A stretch of 63,500 bases of DNA, filler included, from Platydemus manokwari (lineage: Eukaryota), in NCBI GenBank assembly GCA_037951405.1. It is 6 parts of 6 records of this genome, joined end to end, with 100 filler letters (N's around TTAATTAATTAA, not from the genome) between each part and the next. Parts side by side here need not be neighbours in the genome. Positions count along the whole stretch, not along the records: positions 43,334 to 53,719 come from JBBMOY011137772.1; positions 53,820 to 63,500 come from JBBMOY011218766.1; 4 more parts are not named here. The stretch is one strand, 5' to 3'. Of this stretch, positions 52,038 to 63,500 are shown piece by piece. The notes beneath the pieces are model-generated. The model searched no databases. It saw only the letters and a program-made list of their open reading frames with translations, and was not told where the DNA came from. Positions within the stretch are counted from its first letter, which is position 1, and each line of letters opens with the position of its first letter. The translations under genes were made by a program, and so were the position numbers.

Positions 52038-52809
52038 CTAGAAATATGACGATTTGTTGATTATGGTTTAGAAATGATATGATTATTAGTATTATTATCT
52101 TTGATCATTCATATATAATAATCAAGACACTCCTCTCCAGTCATCAAATAATATAGAATATTGATTCCAATAACAGAACCTTTCAAAGATTCATTGATTC
52201 GATAAAGAATATAAATGGCATTATTAATGAAATATTTATTGAGACAATGTTAATCGATGATAGAAATATGATAGAATATTCACATCAGAATCATCGAAAT
52301 TATGCATTAATGAATGAAATCATCAATTAAAATGATGTTCTCGTGTAATTATAACAGTATAGATCATTAAAAAATTATTATTATTCATTGATGAAATTGT
52401 GCTGAACCGATGGAAATGTTTGGAGATTAAAATATGAATTCATTAATAAATGTTCGATGTGTTTCACTGATATAGATACACGATTATGACAGGGAATCGA
52501 TATTAGATCCACATTGCCAATAACATTGACTTTGATGGCGGCATTGACTTCAATATTTGTAGCTAAATTGATCGTTTAACGGTATATGGTAAATGGAATG
52601 AATTGTGTGTGAAAATGAGGACAATATGATTCGATAATAGATAAGAATTCTTAAGGGCTGGCGAATTTTCATTTAAATATTCAAAATTAATAAAATGATT
52701 ACATAATTGGAATTATTATTGGTTATATAATTGATAATAATAATTATTTACTATAATCATAATAATATAATGATAATTGTATAAATTACAATTATTGTTA
52801 TTATTATTA

Positions 52810-53719
52810 TTAGGTGAGTGCAAAAGTTCGTGCGGAGTTTCAATAGATGGAGTTATAAGCGTCGTAAAGTGTTGTCATTAATACTTCCATATACATATTA
52901 TATATCGTTGGAAAGGTGACATCTTCAGCTTTCATTAAAAAAATCATTAAAAAATCAAATGTTTATATATATATTTATATCACTTTAAAAATGAGTATCG
53001 ATAAGATGCATTTACGGCATGTTATGCTGTATGAGTTTCGGAAGGGAATAAACGTTGCCGCAGCCGTAAGAAACATTCAGGATGTTTATCAGGATCAAGC
53101 ACCAGCTAAACGAACTGTGGAAAAATGGTTTGCTAAATTTCGGCGCGGAGAATTTAACCTTGAAGACGAGCCACGCTCTGGTCGACCTTCTGACATTGAT
53201 GACGATTGCTTGCGTACTTTAGTGCTCAATAATCCGCGAATTTCAACAGAAGTAGTTGCTGCAGCACTAAACGTTGACCGATCAACCGCTTTTCGGCGTT
53301 TAAAAAAGATGGGATTCGATTTGAAGCTCGATATATGGGTGCCCCATTTGCTGACCGAGAAGAACAAAATCAAGCGAATTTCTGCAGCCGTTTCTTTACT
53401 CGGGCGGTTCAATAACGAGTCATTTTTGGATCGATTAGTGACGGGCGATGAGAAATGGGTCCTCTACAACAATGTTCAGCGCAAACGGACATGGAAACAG
53501 TCAGGTGAGCATGGTGACGCAATGCCAAAGGCCAGTTTGCACCCGATGAAGGTGATGCTCTCTGTTTGGTGGGATTGCAAGGGCATAATCTATTTTGAGT
53601 TTCTCCCTGCTGGAGAAACGATTGATTCGGACAAGTACTGTCGCCAATTAACCAATCTGAATCGAGAAATCCAAGAGAAACGTCCGATTTTGTCAAATCG
53701 CAAGGGAGTCGTCTTTCAT
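52810..53719 (+). mobile_element. Mariner transposon, 5' portion with left TIR; truncated by contig end
   Basis: TA (52808-52809) then TTAGGTGAGTGCAAAAGTTCGTGCGGAGTTT, similar to the Hsmar1-type TIR TTAGGTTGGTGCAAAAGTAATTGCGGTTTT. Inserted in a (TTA)n tract and followed by an uninterrupted transposase frame. Confidence 0.96.
52991..53719 (+). CDS. Mariner (DD34D-type) transposase, N-terminal 243 codons
   Basis: MSIDKMHLRHVMLYEFRKG (HTH), LEDEPRSGRP, WVPHLL, RLVTGDEKWVLYNN (first catalytic D), KVMLSVWWD, ETIDSDKYCRQL. Stops at GVVFH, just before the expected HDNA. Confidence 0.96.
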
Positions 53720-53819
53720 NNNNNNNNNNNNNNNNNNNNNNNNNNNNNNNNNNNNNNNNNNNNTTAATTAATTAANNNNNNNNNNNNNNNNNNNNNNNNN
53801 NNNNNNNNNNNNNNNNNNN
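53720..53819. other. Artificial contig spacer N44-TTAATTAATTAA-N44
   Basis: Identical 100-nt spacer. Confidence 0.99.
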
Positions 53820-53988
53820 GACTATATAACAATAAATTTATTTTCAAATCAAATCCTAAAAATTGAAGAAGAACCAATTGATGCAGATAGTTTATTAGAG
53901 ATTATTAGCGATTTTAATCAATTATTAGATGACGAATTATTAAAACTTAAACATCGTGGATGGAATATGTCTGAATTAAAAGATAAAA
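53820..53988 (+). CDS. Possible exon fragment at contig start, product unknown
   Basis: Open from the contig edge: DYITINLFSNQILKIEEEPIDADSLLEIISDFNQLLDDELLKLKHRGWNMSELKDK, followed by GTAAAT. No partner exon identified. Confidence 0.25.
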
Positions 53989-55284
53989 GTAAATATTGCA
54001 AAAATAAATGTATTAGCATTTTATAGTTATTCTCTAAAGCATTTCTCTAATAAATATTACAGATTACGATAATTATTGTTTTCTACATTATATATTAGCT
54101 CACCTATATAGTTTTTAAATTTTCATTTCTTTCTCGTATTGTTAATTGCTGTCCATTCTGACTATGAATAAGGAGCTTTAAAAGGAATTTAGAGAATTCG
54201 ATGATACCTTGATTTAATAAAAAAAATTTAATATTATTTTCTTCAGTATCATTAATTAACTTATGTTCAAAAGCTATACTTTTCTTAATTTATCCATTCC
54301 TTTTTTTATGTCATAACCATTCATCACATTTTTTGAACATAAAATTGACATTACTTTCAACTATATATAATTTTTCAAGTGTCTCAATTAGGACCCGAGG
54401 GTGTTGAAAGTTTTTTTTGTGAGGTATGGTCTTTACTATTGATAAAATATAATAATATAACAAGAGTTTAATGTAGGCTGATCTTAGATTCGGTAATTAA
54501 AAGAATTATATTTTGATGTAAACAGGTACGAAAATTTAAAATAACTAAAGGAAATTTTTAAAAAAATCAAAAATAATAGGGAATTTAAAAGGAATAATCA
54601 AATGAAATCACAAAATATTAAAAAGAAATATTAAATAGATTATTCGTATTAATCATCATGAAATACTATAGAAGTAGTCTGTAGTCAGAGAAGATTGCTC
54701 TTAAAGTTTTTCAGGTATTCGGAAATTATAAATTCGTGAATCTTAGAAAGATCGGATTAATTGCAAAATAGAATTATTATGAATTATCATTACATATTTT
54801 AAAATCTATCATACATGAAATTTCTTTTAACATAGAAGAAGTTCGATATCTAAGCATTATCTTGTTGAATAATATTCTAATCTCCCTGTTTGAGAAAAAA
54901 TATTTGTATCTAAGAGATTGTATTTAATTCTTTTCTTGAGTTTTAAGAAGGGGTTATAATACCACATCGTTATTAGAAGTATTTTTGTACATTTTTAGAT
55001 ATGATAATTTAGTAGTTTATTAAAAAACCTGATATATTGTTGAAATTATTCCACCAATATCTTAAACTTAATCAAAATAAAGAACAAACAAAATAATAAA
55101 TATGTTTAAGTTGTTATGCCTTGATAATGATTAACCTTACCAAGCCCTTGAGGAAAACGATCATCAGAGGAAATTTAAATTCATGAAAGATGTCAATTGT
55201 ACAATACGAGTCTCGATGGTTAATTAATAAATCATAATCGCATTTACGGAAAAATTGAAATCACCAAAATGCCTCAGTAAAAGA

Positions 55285-55410
55285 TGTGATAGCAGCAAGG
55301 AATATCTCTGCAAAATAGGAGAAAAGTCTCCTCATATAAGCAATGATAAAGAAACGAAGATCTGGAGGTGGACAGGCAAAAAAGAGATCACATTAAGAAA
55401 GTAAGTTGCA
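55285..55410 (+). mobile_element. Non-LTR retrotransposon (RTE-like) C-terminal relic
   Basis: Frameshifted pieces MIKKRR, WRWTG and TLRK together resemble the post-RT motif IKKRRWxWIGHTLRK. Confidence 0.4.
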
Positions 55411-56184
55411 AAGGTATAAAATGATGAGGATACTGAGAGAGTGAGTCAGGGGCACAAGAAATGTGAAGAATATTCAAACAAGCCAACAAAAAATGGAACA
55501 TAAAAAAAGAAGCATATAAGTGCAATGCCGATTTAGATAACTTAACTTTTCAACTCTGTCCACAACTTATATCCCAATCTATTAAATCCTTTAATGCAAT
55601 GTAAAATTACAATAATCTGATTTTGACTATTTTTAAATATTTTTTGAGTTGATTTCTAATTCTGACTCATAAGTCTCCCAAGTGACTTTGATAGTAAGTA
55701 TAGGGGCTATACAATCGGTAAGCTGAATGTCCAAAGGTTTCGTTTATATTAGTCTAAATTAACTGTTAACTCGACTGAATATAACCCAGGCGGGTGTTTT
55801 TACTACATAGAGTTCAATAATGAATTTTATGCAGGTAGAAATTAATAATCAATATAATAATCATACTCAGATAATGAAATTATTTCAGTGCAAATAAATT
55901 TTATTTAGAAATTGAAATATAAAAGTTTTAGAATTAAAAATGAACACAGTAATTTTTAGAGCAATACCTAGAGCACCACGAAAGTGGATTACTAGAAATC
56001 TGAAGAGGAACGAGAAGAGAAAGAGAAATTGATAATGCAATGGCAATTAAGTTATAATTTGATATGAATAATTATTTATTGAAAATGCGCATGAGAAGGA
56101 CATGAAAATTATAAGTCTTACTCCGTTCAAGTGCTAAAATTTCGATCAATGAATATGAAATTAATGAATCCGAATTCCAATCCC

Positions 56185-56290
56185 CAGCCCAAAACATTTT
56201 TTTACATATATCCCAAAATATTTTATACATACTGGTTCGGAACATTTTTACCCAAAACATTTTACACACCAGTCCGAAGTATTTTTACAT
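56185..56290. repeat. Degenerate minisatellite of CCCAAAACATTTT(T)ACA-like units
   Basis: About five imperfect copies: CCCAAAACATTTTTTTACAT, CCCAAAATATTTTATACAT, CGGAACATTTTTAC, CCAAAACATTTTACAC, CCGAAGTATTTTTACAT. Confidence 0.6.
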
Positions 56291-56544
56291 TAAGATGTAT
56301 ATAATCTTAGTAACACCATCCCATGATCATAAATTCTGAGTACACCTTGATTATGGATTGACAGTCAAGAAGGGCCGTGCCCGAGGACGTTAGACAATAC
56401 AGAAATACATTTAATATTTATGTGTTAGTAATGAATGATCTATTCATAGATAATTATGTATAAGGACGCAGCAGATGGCGGAATGGGGGATGTGCCCCAA
56501 CGAAATAAAGAGACAAAATATATTAAGAATTATTAAAAATTAAA

Positions 56545-56650
56545 TAATAAAAGCAAATAAATAAATAGAGCAATTAAATAAAAAAGAGTAAGCAATAAAA
56601 GTAAATAAATAGATAAAACAATTAAATTAAAAAGAATAAACAAATAATCT
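56545..56650. repeat. A-rich ~48-bp tandem repeat, about 2 copies
   Basis: AATAAAAGCAAATAAATAAATAGAGCAATTAAATAAAAAAGAGTAAGC followed by AATAAAAGTAAATAAATAGATAAAACAATTAAATTAAAAAGAATAAAC. Confidence 0.65.
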
Positions 56651-57189
56651 AAAATAAATAAGAAAAATAGATAGATTAAGAAAAGTACAAGTAAAGAAAA
56701 AAAATGTAAATGTTCCTCTGCGCTCAAATATTAAATTCAAATTTGTCTAATTTTCCAGTAATTCGGTCATCACACCAATTACTGAAGCCTGCAAAACCAG
56801 TAAAGTCTAAAATCAATCGCAACCCAATCAAATTGTTTAATATAATAATGAAATCTTTGTTGGGAACCAAAATATAATATGCAAAGATATAATAATAATA
56901 ATTACAACAATGATATTAATTAATCGCCTACATATGCTGCCCACACATTACCGAAAATATTAATGCAAATAAAATAATAAAAATAAAAATAATAATATTA
57001 ATTAATCGCATCACCATGGTAACATTAAATAAAATTAAAAAAAAATCCAAAAATAAATAATCAACTCCCACATACCCCTTTTCCGCAGCTATCAGCAATA
57101 TTCACATCAGGGAAACGTTGGAATTTACTATTCTAATGTGTACTCATTCCTTCTACTCATATCAGAGGTGGAATAATTCTCGACTAAAA

Positions 57190-57375
57190 TTAGATTCGGA
57201 CAACTAAAGTCATTACCGATACCGCTAGGATCTCTCGGAACTATTACAAAACATTAGAAGGAACACATACAGCTATCAACATTAAGAATGCACGCGGTAA
57301 ATTTTCATAATTTTCTTCTGGGTAGAGTACAAAGTCGTAAAAGTTTGTACTGATGCCGATTTACAAATTAAATCG
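57190..57375 (+). mobile_element. hAT (Ac/ZBED-like) transposase relic
   Basis: KTLEGTHTAINIKNA resembles the hAT SHTAENI motif. After a frameshift, KVVKVCTDADLQIK resembles VVTDNAxNM. Stops are present. Confidence 0.45.
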
Positions 57376-58599
57376 AGATTTCCGGTACAAAGGCGAAAGC
57401 ATTTGTATCGCTCCATCACTACGCTATAAAACCGCAAGGGTTTGTAGACGCTGAACTTATAAAACTAAAATCACATCTCCTTAAGTTTTTCGTCCGATGT
57501 AAGGCGGCACTTAGTTCCTTACGTCGGTTTGTTTTATACTTCTTCAGGGCACGACACTCCTATCTGTCAAACTCATCGTACAACACATTTGTTAATTTTT
57601 AGTATAATATACGTAATGAGTTATCATTTCGTTATTGATTCTATCATTATTATAGTTAATATTATTATTGCACCTGAATTATTACACGCAACCGAATTAC
57701 TGATTAAAGTCGGATTATTGGTGGAATCATCATTATTCCGGTTCTAATCATCATTTGAATAGTACACAGATAATTCATTGAGTTTTTTTAGTTGAATTAA
57801 TTCTTACAACTACTCTACAGAAACTATTTAGCACAGGCTAGTAGGATTCCATCATCTTTAATTTAAATAAATTGTAAAGGTCCTTCGGTAGGGTACAGCC
57901 AATGCCTGTGAGAAATATAAGAATGGAAATTTTGAATAGCGATAGAAGTAGACTGCTAAACGTCGTTCCAAATTGTACACTTTTGACTCTATATAAAGTT
58001 TCTATATATATTTCTTGGTTTTTTATCTTCACGATTTTATTATTACGATTTGCGATAACGTGAGGTTTCGATAATTAAAAAATAACTATTGCATATCACT
58101 GCATAAAATTAAACGATTTTGACATTTTTAATTAATAAGTTTATAAATTCAATAAATGTTCCAATTTTACTCAAAAATTAAATGCTGGGTCCTTATAAGA
58201 GTTTAGAATAAAAATGGTAATAAATTTATTTTGAAAATGTTCATATTGTTCATTTTTAAAGCTGTTTTATCTATTTTTTATTTCCAAATGATAAAAGTCT
58301 ATAAAGAAATGCAGCGAATGAATCTCTTTATGATTGTTTAAACTTTTCAATTCATCAGAGATATAAGCGGAATTTTTAAAAATATTTTTTTGTTGACATT
58401 TTTAGCATAAGTTAAGGATGGGTCCTTTGACCCAATTTTAATGTAATTTATTTTTTTGCATTATTGAATATTAAAATTTGTTTGTGATTATAATTTAATG
58501 AAATTTTTATTAAAAATTCAATTTTAGATAAAGAAAAACACCTAAATTATATTATCAAAACAACAAGTACAATTCGAAGTCGATTACAAAAGAAATGTG

Positions 58600-59085
58600 T
58601 CATTGTATTGAAAGCATCACCACATTAAAATTGTTGCCTTGATAATTTTGCATAGCTATATTAAGTAATAAATTTCTTTTTTGATTCACTTTTGGGGCAG
58701 CCAACTTTAAGTACCTCCCACTGTGCTTCTATGTTCTGAGCTTAAATGTCTCGGTCATCTGGATTCACGAAGCACTCCTAGTGGTTGACAATGCTATGTT
58801 GATAACCGAAATTTTGAAGACAGCTGTACGATATCCAGTAATCAATGTATATGATGGATCCTGGTATCACCCATCAACAATTAAATAAAAAGTTTTGTTG
58901 ATATAAGATTTCTGTTTACTATATGTTTATTGCTTTTAGAGTTACTGCGCTTCGGTTGCGGGCTGGAAATAAGAAGCAATTCCTCTTATTGTATCTTTCT
59001 AGTCTTCCAACGATCCAAATTACATGTCTTCGACGTCCGCGACTATATTTGGTCTCTTCAAAAAATAGGCCTTGTCAATATTTTC
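58600..59085 (-). mobile_element. Merlin (IS1016/ISXO2-like) transposase pseudogene
   Basis: ENIDKAYFLK / KYSRGRRRHVIWIVGRLERYNKRNCFLFPARNRSAVTLKAI / WVIPGSIIYIDYWISYSCLQNFGYQHSIVNH*ECFVNPDDRDI*AQNIEAQWEVLK. This follows the Merlin motif order VEIDES, KYxRGR, WVFG, PGSIIxTDxW, VNHS..FVxP, HTQxIExxW. Confidence 0.88.
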
Positions 59086-62000
59086 CTTAATTTTACAATA
59101 ATAATGGGATTGAAATTAATTTGGGATTCTGCAAAATAGATGAAATTAATTTGTAGATGAATAAATATGATGTTAAAATGTTCCAAGACAAAAACGATTA
59201 TCATTCAGCCTTTGATTGTCGTTTAACGCTTGGTAAAATAGGTTAGTTCTAGTTTATTTCTTTTGATATATATTGATGAGGATGTGGTTATTGGGATTTG
59301 TTAACTATATCGATTAAATGAAGATTTTCATTTGATTATTCGGATTTGTGGTTGTCATTGACGATGTTGATAATCAAATATTGATTTGGTTCTCATTTCT
59401 TAATCTGATATCGTGGGGATTGTCTGTCGTTAAAATAGGTCATTTTTAATATTTTCATTAGCTTTATATATCCGACATTATTCGTTTAATTAATTAATAA
59501 TTCATTTGAAACAATCTTATTGGTGGAATAAATTATCACATCTTTTTGAACAAATTTCCTTTATATTGAACCATTCCGGGTGGTTCATGAAATCATTGTT
59601 ATATAATTCCTTATATCTGACGACTTCATTTAATTTATACTATGTGGCGTTTTTAAAGCTCTTGCAAATATTTTCAATCATTTTAATTGAAATAAATGCT
59701 TAAAAATAAATTTAAATAGTTTGTTTGAATAATTTGGTTAAATATACTTCTGTTGGTTAAACTTCTTAAATTTGTTTTGAATTCGTATTTTATGAAATAG
59801 TAGCAGCTAACATATTGTTAAAATTTTATATTATTAAGAGTAAGATTTTAGAAATTGCGTTGTTTAAATAAATATAATTAATCTAATGTTTGAACTAGTT
59901 TAAATTAATAATGAAAAAAAAATTTTAAAACGATATACTTTTGGGGGGGGGTGTGGGGATCCATTAGAATAAACTAATCTTGTCAATTTATTTTTGATAG
60001 AAAATTATTGATAAAATACAATTTCGATTAAAAGATTTCTCATTTATATTGGATTGTAATTGGATTAAACCAATTAAATTGCACTGCAATCGAAATATAA
60101 AATAATTGATATCAATTTTGGATTGGTGTAGTTTTCAGTGATAAAAGTGGTAGACAAATCACATTTCATTTGATTTAGTGCTTAATAAATCTGTTATGAA
60201 TATCATCCCAAAATTAGACGCACATTCGCACTTCTATTAAACGATGAAAACATTTTTCAATGAGTTGTGCTTTTATAGAAATTAATATCACCAATAATTC
60301 ACAAAACATTTCGATTCGTCTGATTTAACATTGTATGAGGAAAATAACTGTTTAAAAATCGATTCTGGGAGTTTCATTATAGTCAGGTTTTGTCAATTAT
60401 TTGATTGCAGTCATTAAAATGCTTAATATGAACCAAAAGAACGATGATGTATAAATTAATAAGGAGTTCGGATTGGGCTGTCATAATTTAATTTTGTTTC
60501 TGCCTAACTCAACTATTATAGTATCTTTATTCTGACTACTTTCAAAATTTGTACCAGTTTGTACCAGAGTAGACCCTAAGTAAAATTAATAAAAATTAAG
60601 GATCAAGTTCTTACATTAAATTAGATTCTAGCTACTAAAAGCTCCTTCTAGTCGAATATTTCAATATAATCATACAATTAAATTACACTATTTTGCCTTT
60701 ATAATACCTTTAAGACAAAATGTTAATTAAAGATTCGAATTATTCCTCACTGCTTTTACCTTTTATACTAAAATTTACTTGCAATCGTTACTTAATCTAA
60801 TTCTCATTTTTCTGTAAAACTGACAAATATTTCTGCTTTAGTGAATTTAAAAATAATTTGGAAGCACAGACATAATAATAATGATAATTCATTTTTCAAA
60901 GCTGCTGTTAATTAGTTTGCTAATATTTTCCCCAATTATTATGCTACTAATATTATTATTTATACCGATTACGTTATAAGTTTATTCTTGAGTTAATGAA
61001 TTTTGGTTTTATTATTATATGCCAAAATTCAATAACTCGTAACTTAATTTATTTTATTGGATTATTTATTTAAAATGAGCAATTTATGACAGGGTATTTA
61101 TAAAATTTATGCATTAATTTGGTTTTACAACGAAACTAAATAGCTGCTAATATCCGACACCGTTACCATGAATATGATAATATAAAGTTATAAACTCTAC
61201 GAACAATAAAAGTGCAATGAATCTTAATAATCGTTTACTAAAATATTATGGTAATGGTTTAAAAAATGTTATTACTTAAAAATTGAGAAATCTTAGTAAT
61301 GTTAAGTTTAATACTTTTTCGGGAATAAATGTGCTGCTTAAATCTAACTCGGTTCTGAGTAGTCTTTCTGAAGAAAAGTGAAATTAAACCAACTACTAAT
61401 TACTATAACTACACTATTTGATCGATTAGAATCAAAACTTATGATTTGGCTATTCAGTTCTGATCGATTCAAATATAATGTTTTTGCCGTTTGTGCAGGT
61501 TTGGGTTGTTCAGTGTTTTTGTGTGTTCGTATTTTTTTTAGTGTACAAACAGTGATTCTTGTATACTTTTTTTCTATAATACCGATACCTTGTCTATCAT
61601 TTCATTTATTACCATGATTTTTGAATTTGTACCGTAATAAATCGGTTACTATGTTTATTTGCTGATAAATTTTACTTTTTATTCTTCTTACTACATGCTT
61701 TTCTTATTCTTAACTATTATTTCGTCTGGTTCTTATTACCATGTTTACATTCCTCTTTTTACTTCATTTTGTTAACTACTAATGGCTACTTTATCATCAG
61801 TTATTATTATTACTTATTTATAATTTTCTATTCTTATTATTTTATCATTTTTATTAACATTATTTAATCGTTATTATTACCAAATTATAGAATTATTTAT
61901 TGCATCGCAATTATTACATTCTAAATCGACTCCATCTAATCTTAAATTTTCATGTTTTTCGAGATTTTCAGGAAGACTTGGAATTATTGTTTCTGCGCAT

Positions 62001-63500
62001 CATTATTTTGAAACATAATATAAAATAACTCAATCAAACTTAAACGTTTATTTGAATATAAAAATTGAAAATTATTATTAACGTATATGATATATTTCTG
62101 CTTTTAGCTTATTTTTCTGAGAATGACGATTGATGGTTATTGAGGGTGGATAGACTTAAAGTTTTGTTGATTGAAATTTCTCAGATTGTGTGATTAAGAG
62201 AAGTGATACTGGGTTAATATGAATTATTTCTGTAATCAAATAAGACTCTTCCATAGGAATTATTTTAAAGGTTAGAGAGAAATTTTCTCACAATGTTAGA
62301 TGTTACTCAACAGTTACTTTAGAATTTAAATTAAAATCAATTTTTTTTGTCTAAAATAGTTTTTGTTTTATTGTTCTCAATTTTCTGGATTTGATAGTCA
62401 TATTTATGTTTTCTATAACTGGTCGTAATGTGCTTGACACATGCCGCTGTCTAAGATTCTTCGAAGATAACTTCAAATGTGCGTCAATCTTTTTTATACT
62501 ATTTTCTCATGTATATTTAGGCTCCGTGTGCTTCGGCTACTATTATTGAAATAAATTAAATAATAATTACTGATGCAATTCGATGATGTCTATAATAATT
62601 TATAAGCTGCGAGGATTAAGACATGGTTGAATATTTCCATTAATATCTAATTTCACCGTGTAGTGTGTCAATTTATTATTTTATTTGAGTATTGAGTTTA
62701 AAAAATAATGAAATTTTAACATTTTATGTGAAAAACATAATTTAAATCTCTTGTTTGAAAATTTGTGTTAAAATTATTATAACCAAGTTTATTATTGTGT
62801 GAACAAAATACAAATACTTTTTTAAACAAATTTTCTTAAACTATTATTGTTACGTTAGAATAATAATTGAAATCGATATGCTTGAGGAACACTTCAAGTC
62901 TGAAATTTCATTCGAAAATCTAAATCAAGTGTGTTACTAATGAATCGCTTTATGTTGTTCTTTTCTATTATAGTTTGAAGTTTGAAGATTGCTCTCTAAT
63001 ATTGCTTTAATTACTTTCCTTCAATTACTCATTTCAAATAATATTCTTTTAAATATTTTGTTATTATGTTAATACACTTCCATAGTCATTCTTTTAGTGG
63101 ATTTGTTGCATAATCATCTTCTGCAATAGATTATAATAATTATTAAACAAATTGGTTGGGCTGCCGATTGATTTTATATAGTTTACTCGGTCTGAGGGGC
63201 TTCAACAGCTGGTATGATTCCTAAGCTGTTGGAAAATAAGTTAATGTTAAATTAATAATTGAGCACAAAGGAAACTGAGTTGCCCTGGGGCTGAAAATAT
63301 AATAATGCGGTTATGAAAACCTGCTTTAAACTACACTTTGTGAAATAACTGATGACTTCTTTGATGGATTATTATTATTGAATGAAAAATATAGTTTGGT
63401 ATCTTTTATCTTTGTATGGTTACGGTTGGTAATATGTTAATTGATTAATCGCTTTATGATTCACCTAAAGGCGCTGGTTCTTATAGGGGCTTCAACACCT

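Noticed and set aside
59100-63500. Genes or ncRNA in the final 4.4 kb, including repeated GGGGCTTCAACA at ~63196 and ~63486
   Set aside because: No splice-consistent exons or tRNA/rRNA-like structure; the repeat is cut by the window edge and cannot be characterised.

Overview
This is AT-rich eukaryotic (animal) genomic DNA, not prokaryotic. Planarian or other flatworm origin is my inference from composition, (AAT)n repeats, ~33-50 bp introns and the transposon mix; it is not proven. The window is six separate contigs joined by identical artificial 100-nt spacers (N44-TTAATTAATTAA-N44, stops in all six frames), and gene content does not continue across the joins. Intron-containing genes supported by splice-phase reading: a complete V-ATPase subunit e gene; an unrecognised multi-pass membrane protein gene converging on it; an RDH/17beta-HSD/BDH1-type short-chain dehydrogenase; the AAA2-to-stalk part of a divergent dynein heavy chain; the last two exons of a GRTP1-like TBC RabGAP; and three PDZ domains of a MAGI gene. 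Mobile DNA includes an uninterrupted mariner transposase cut off by a contig end, two further mariner-type ends, a Merlin transposase relic, hAT and RTE-like relics, a solo LTR, MITEs, and a decayed element with two tandem Ulp1/C48 protease domains. I see no CRISPR array, rRNA or tRNA, and no multi-gene novel system that I can support. The best leads are the tandem-Ulp1 element, the divergent dynein, the orphan membrane protein and a GPCR-like fragment next to the dynein gene.
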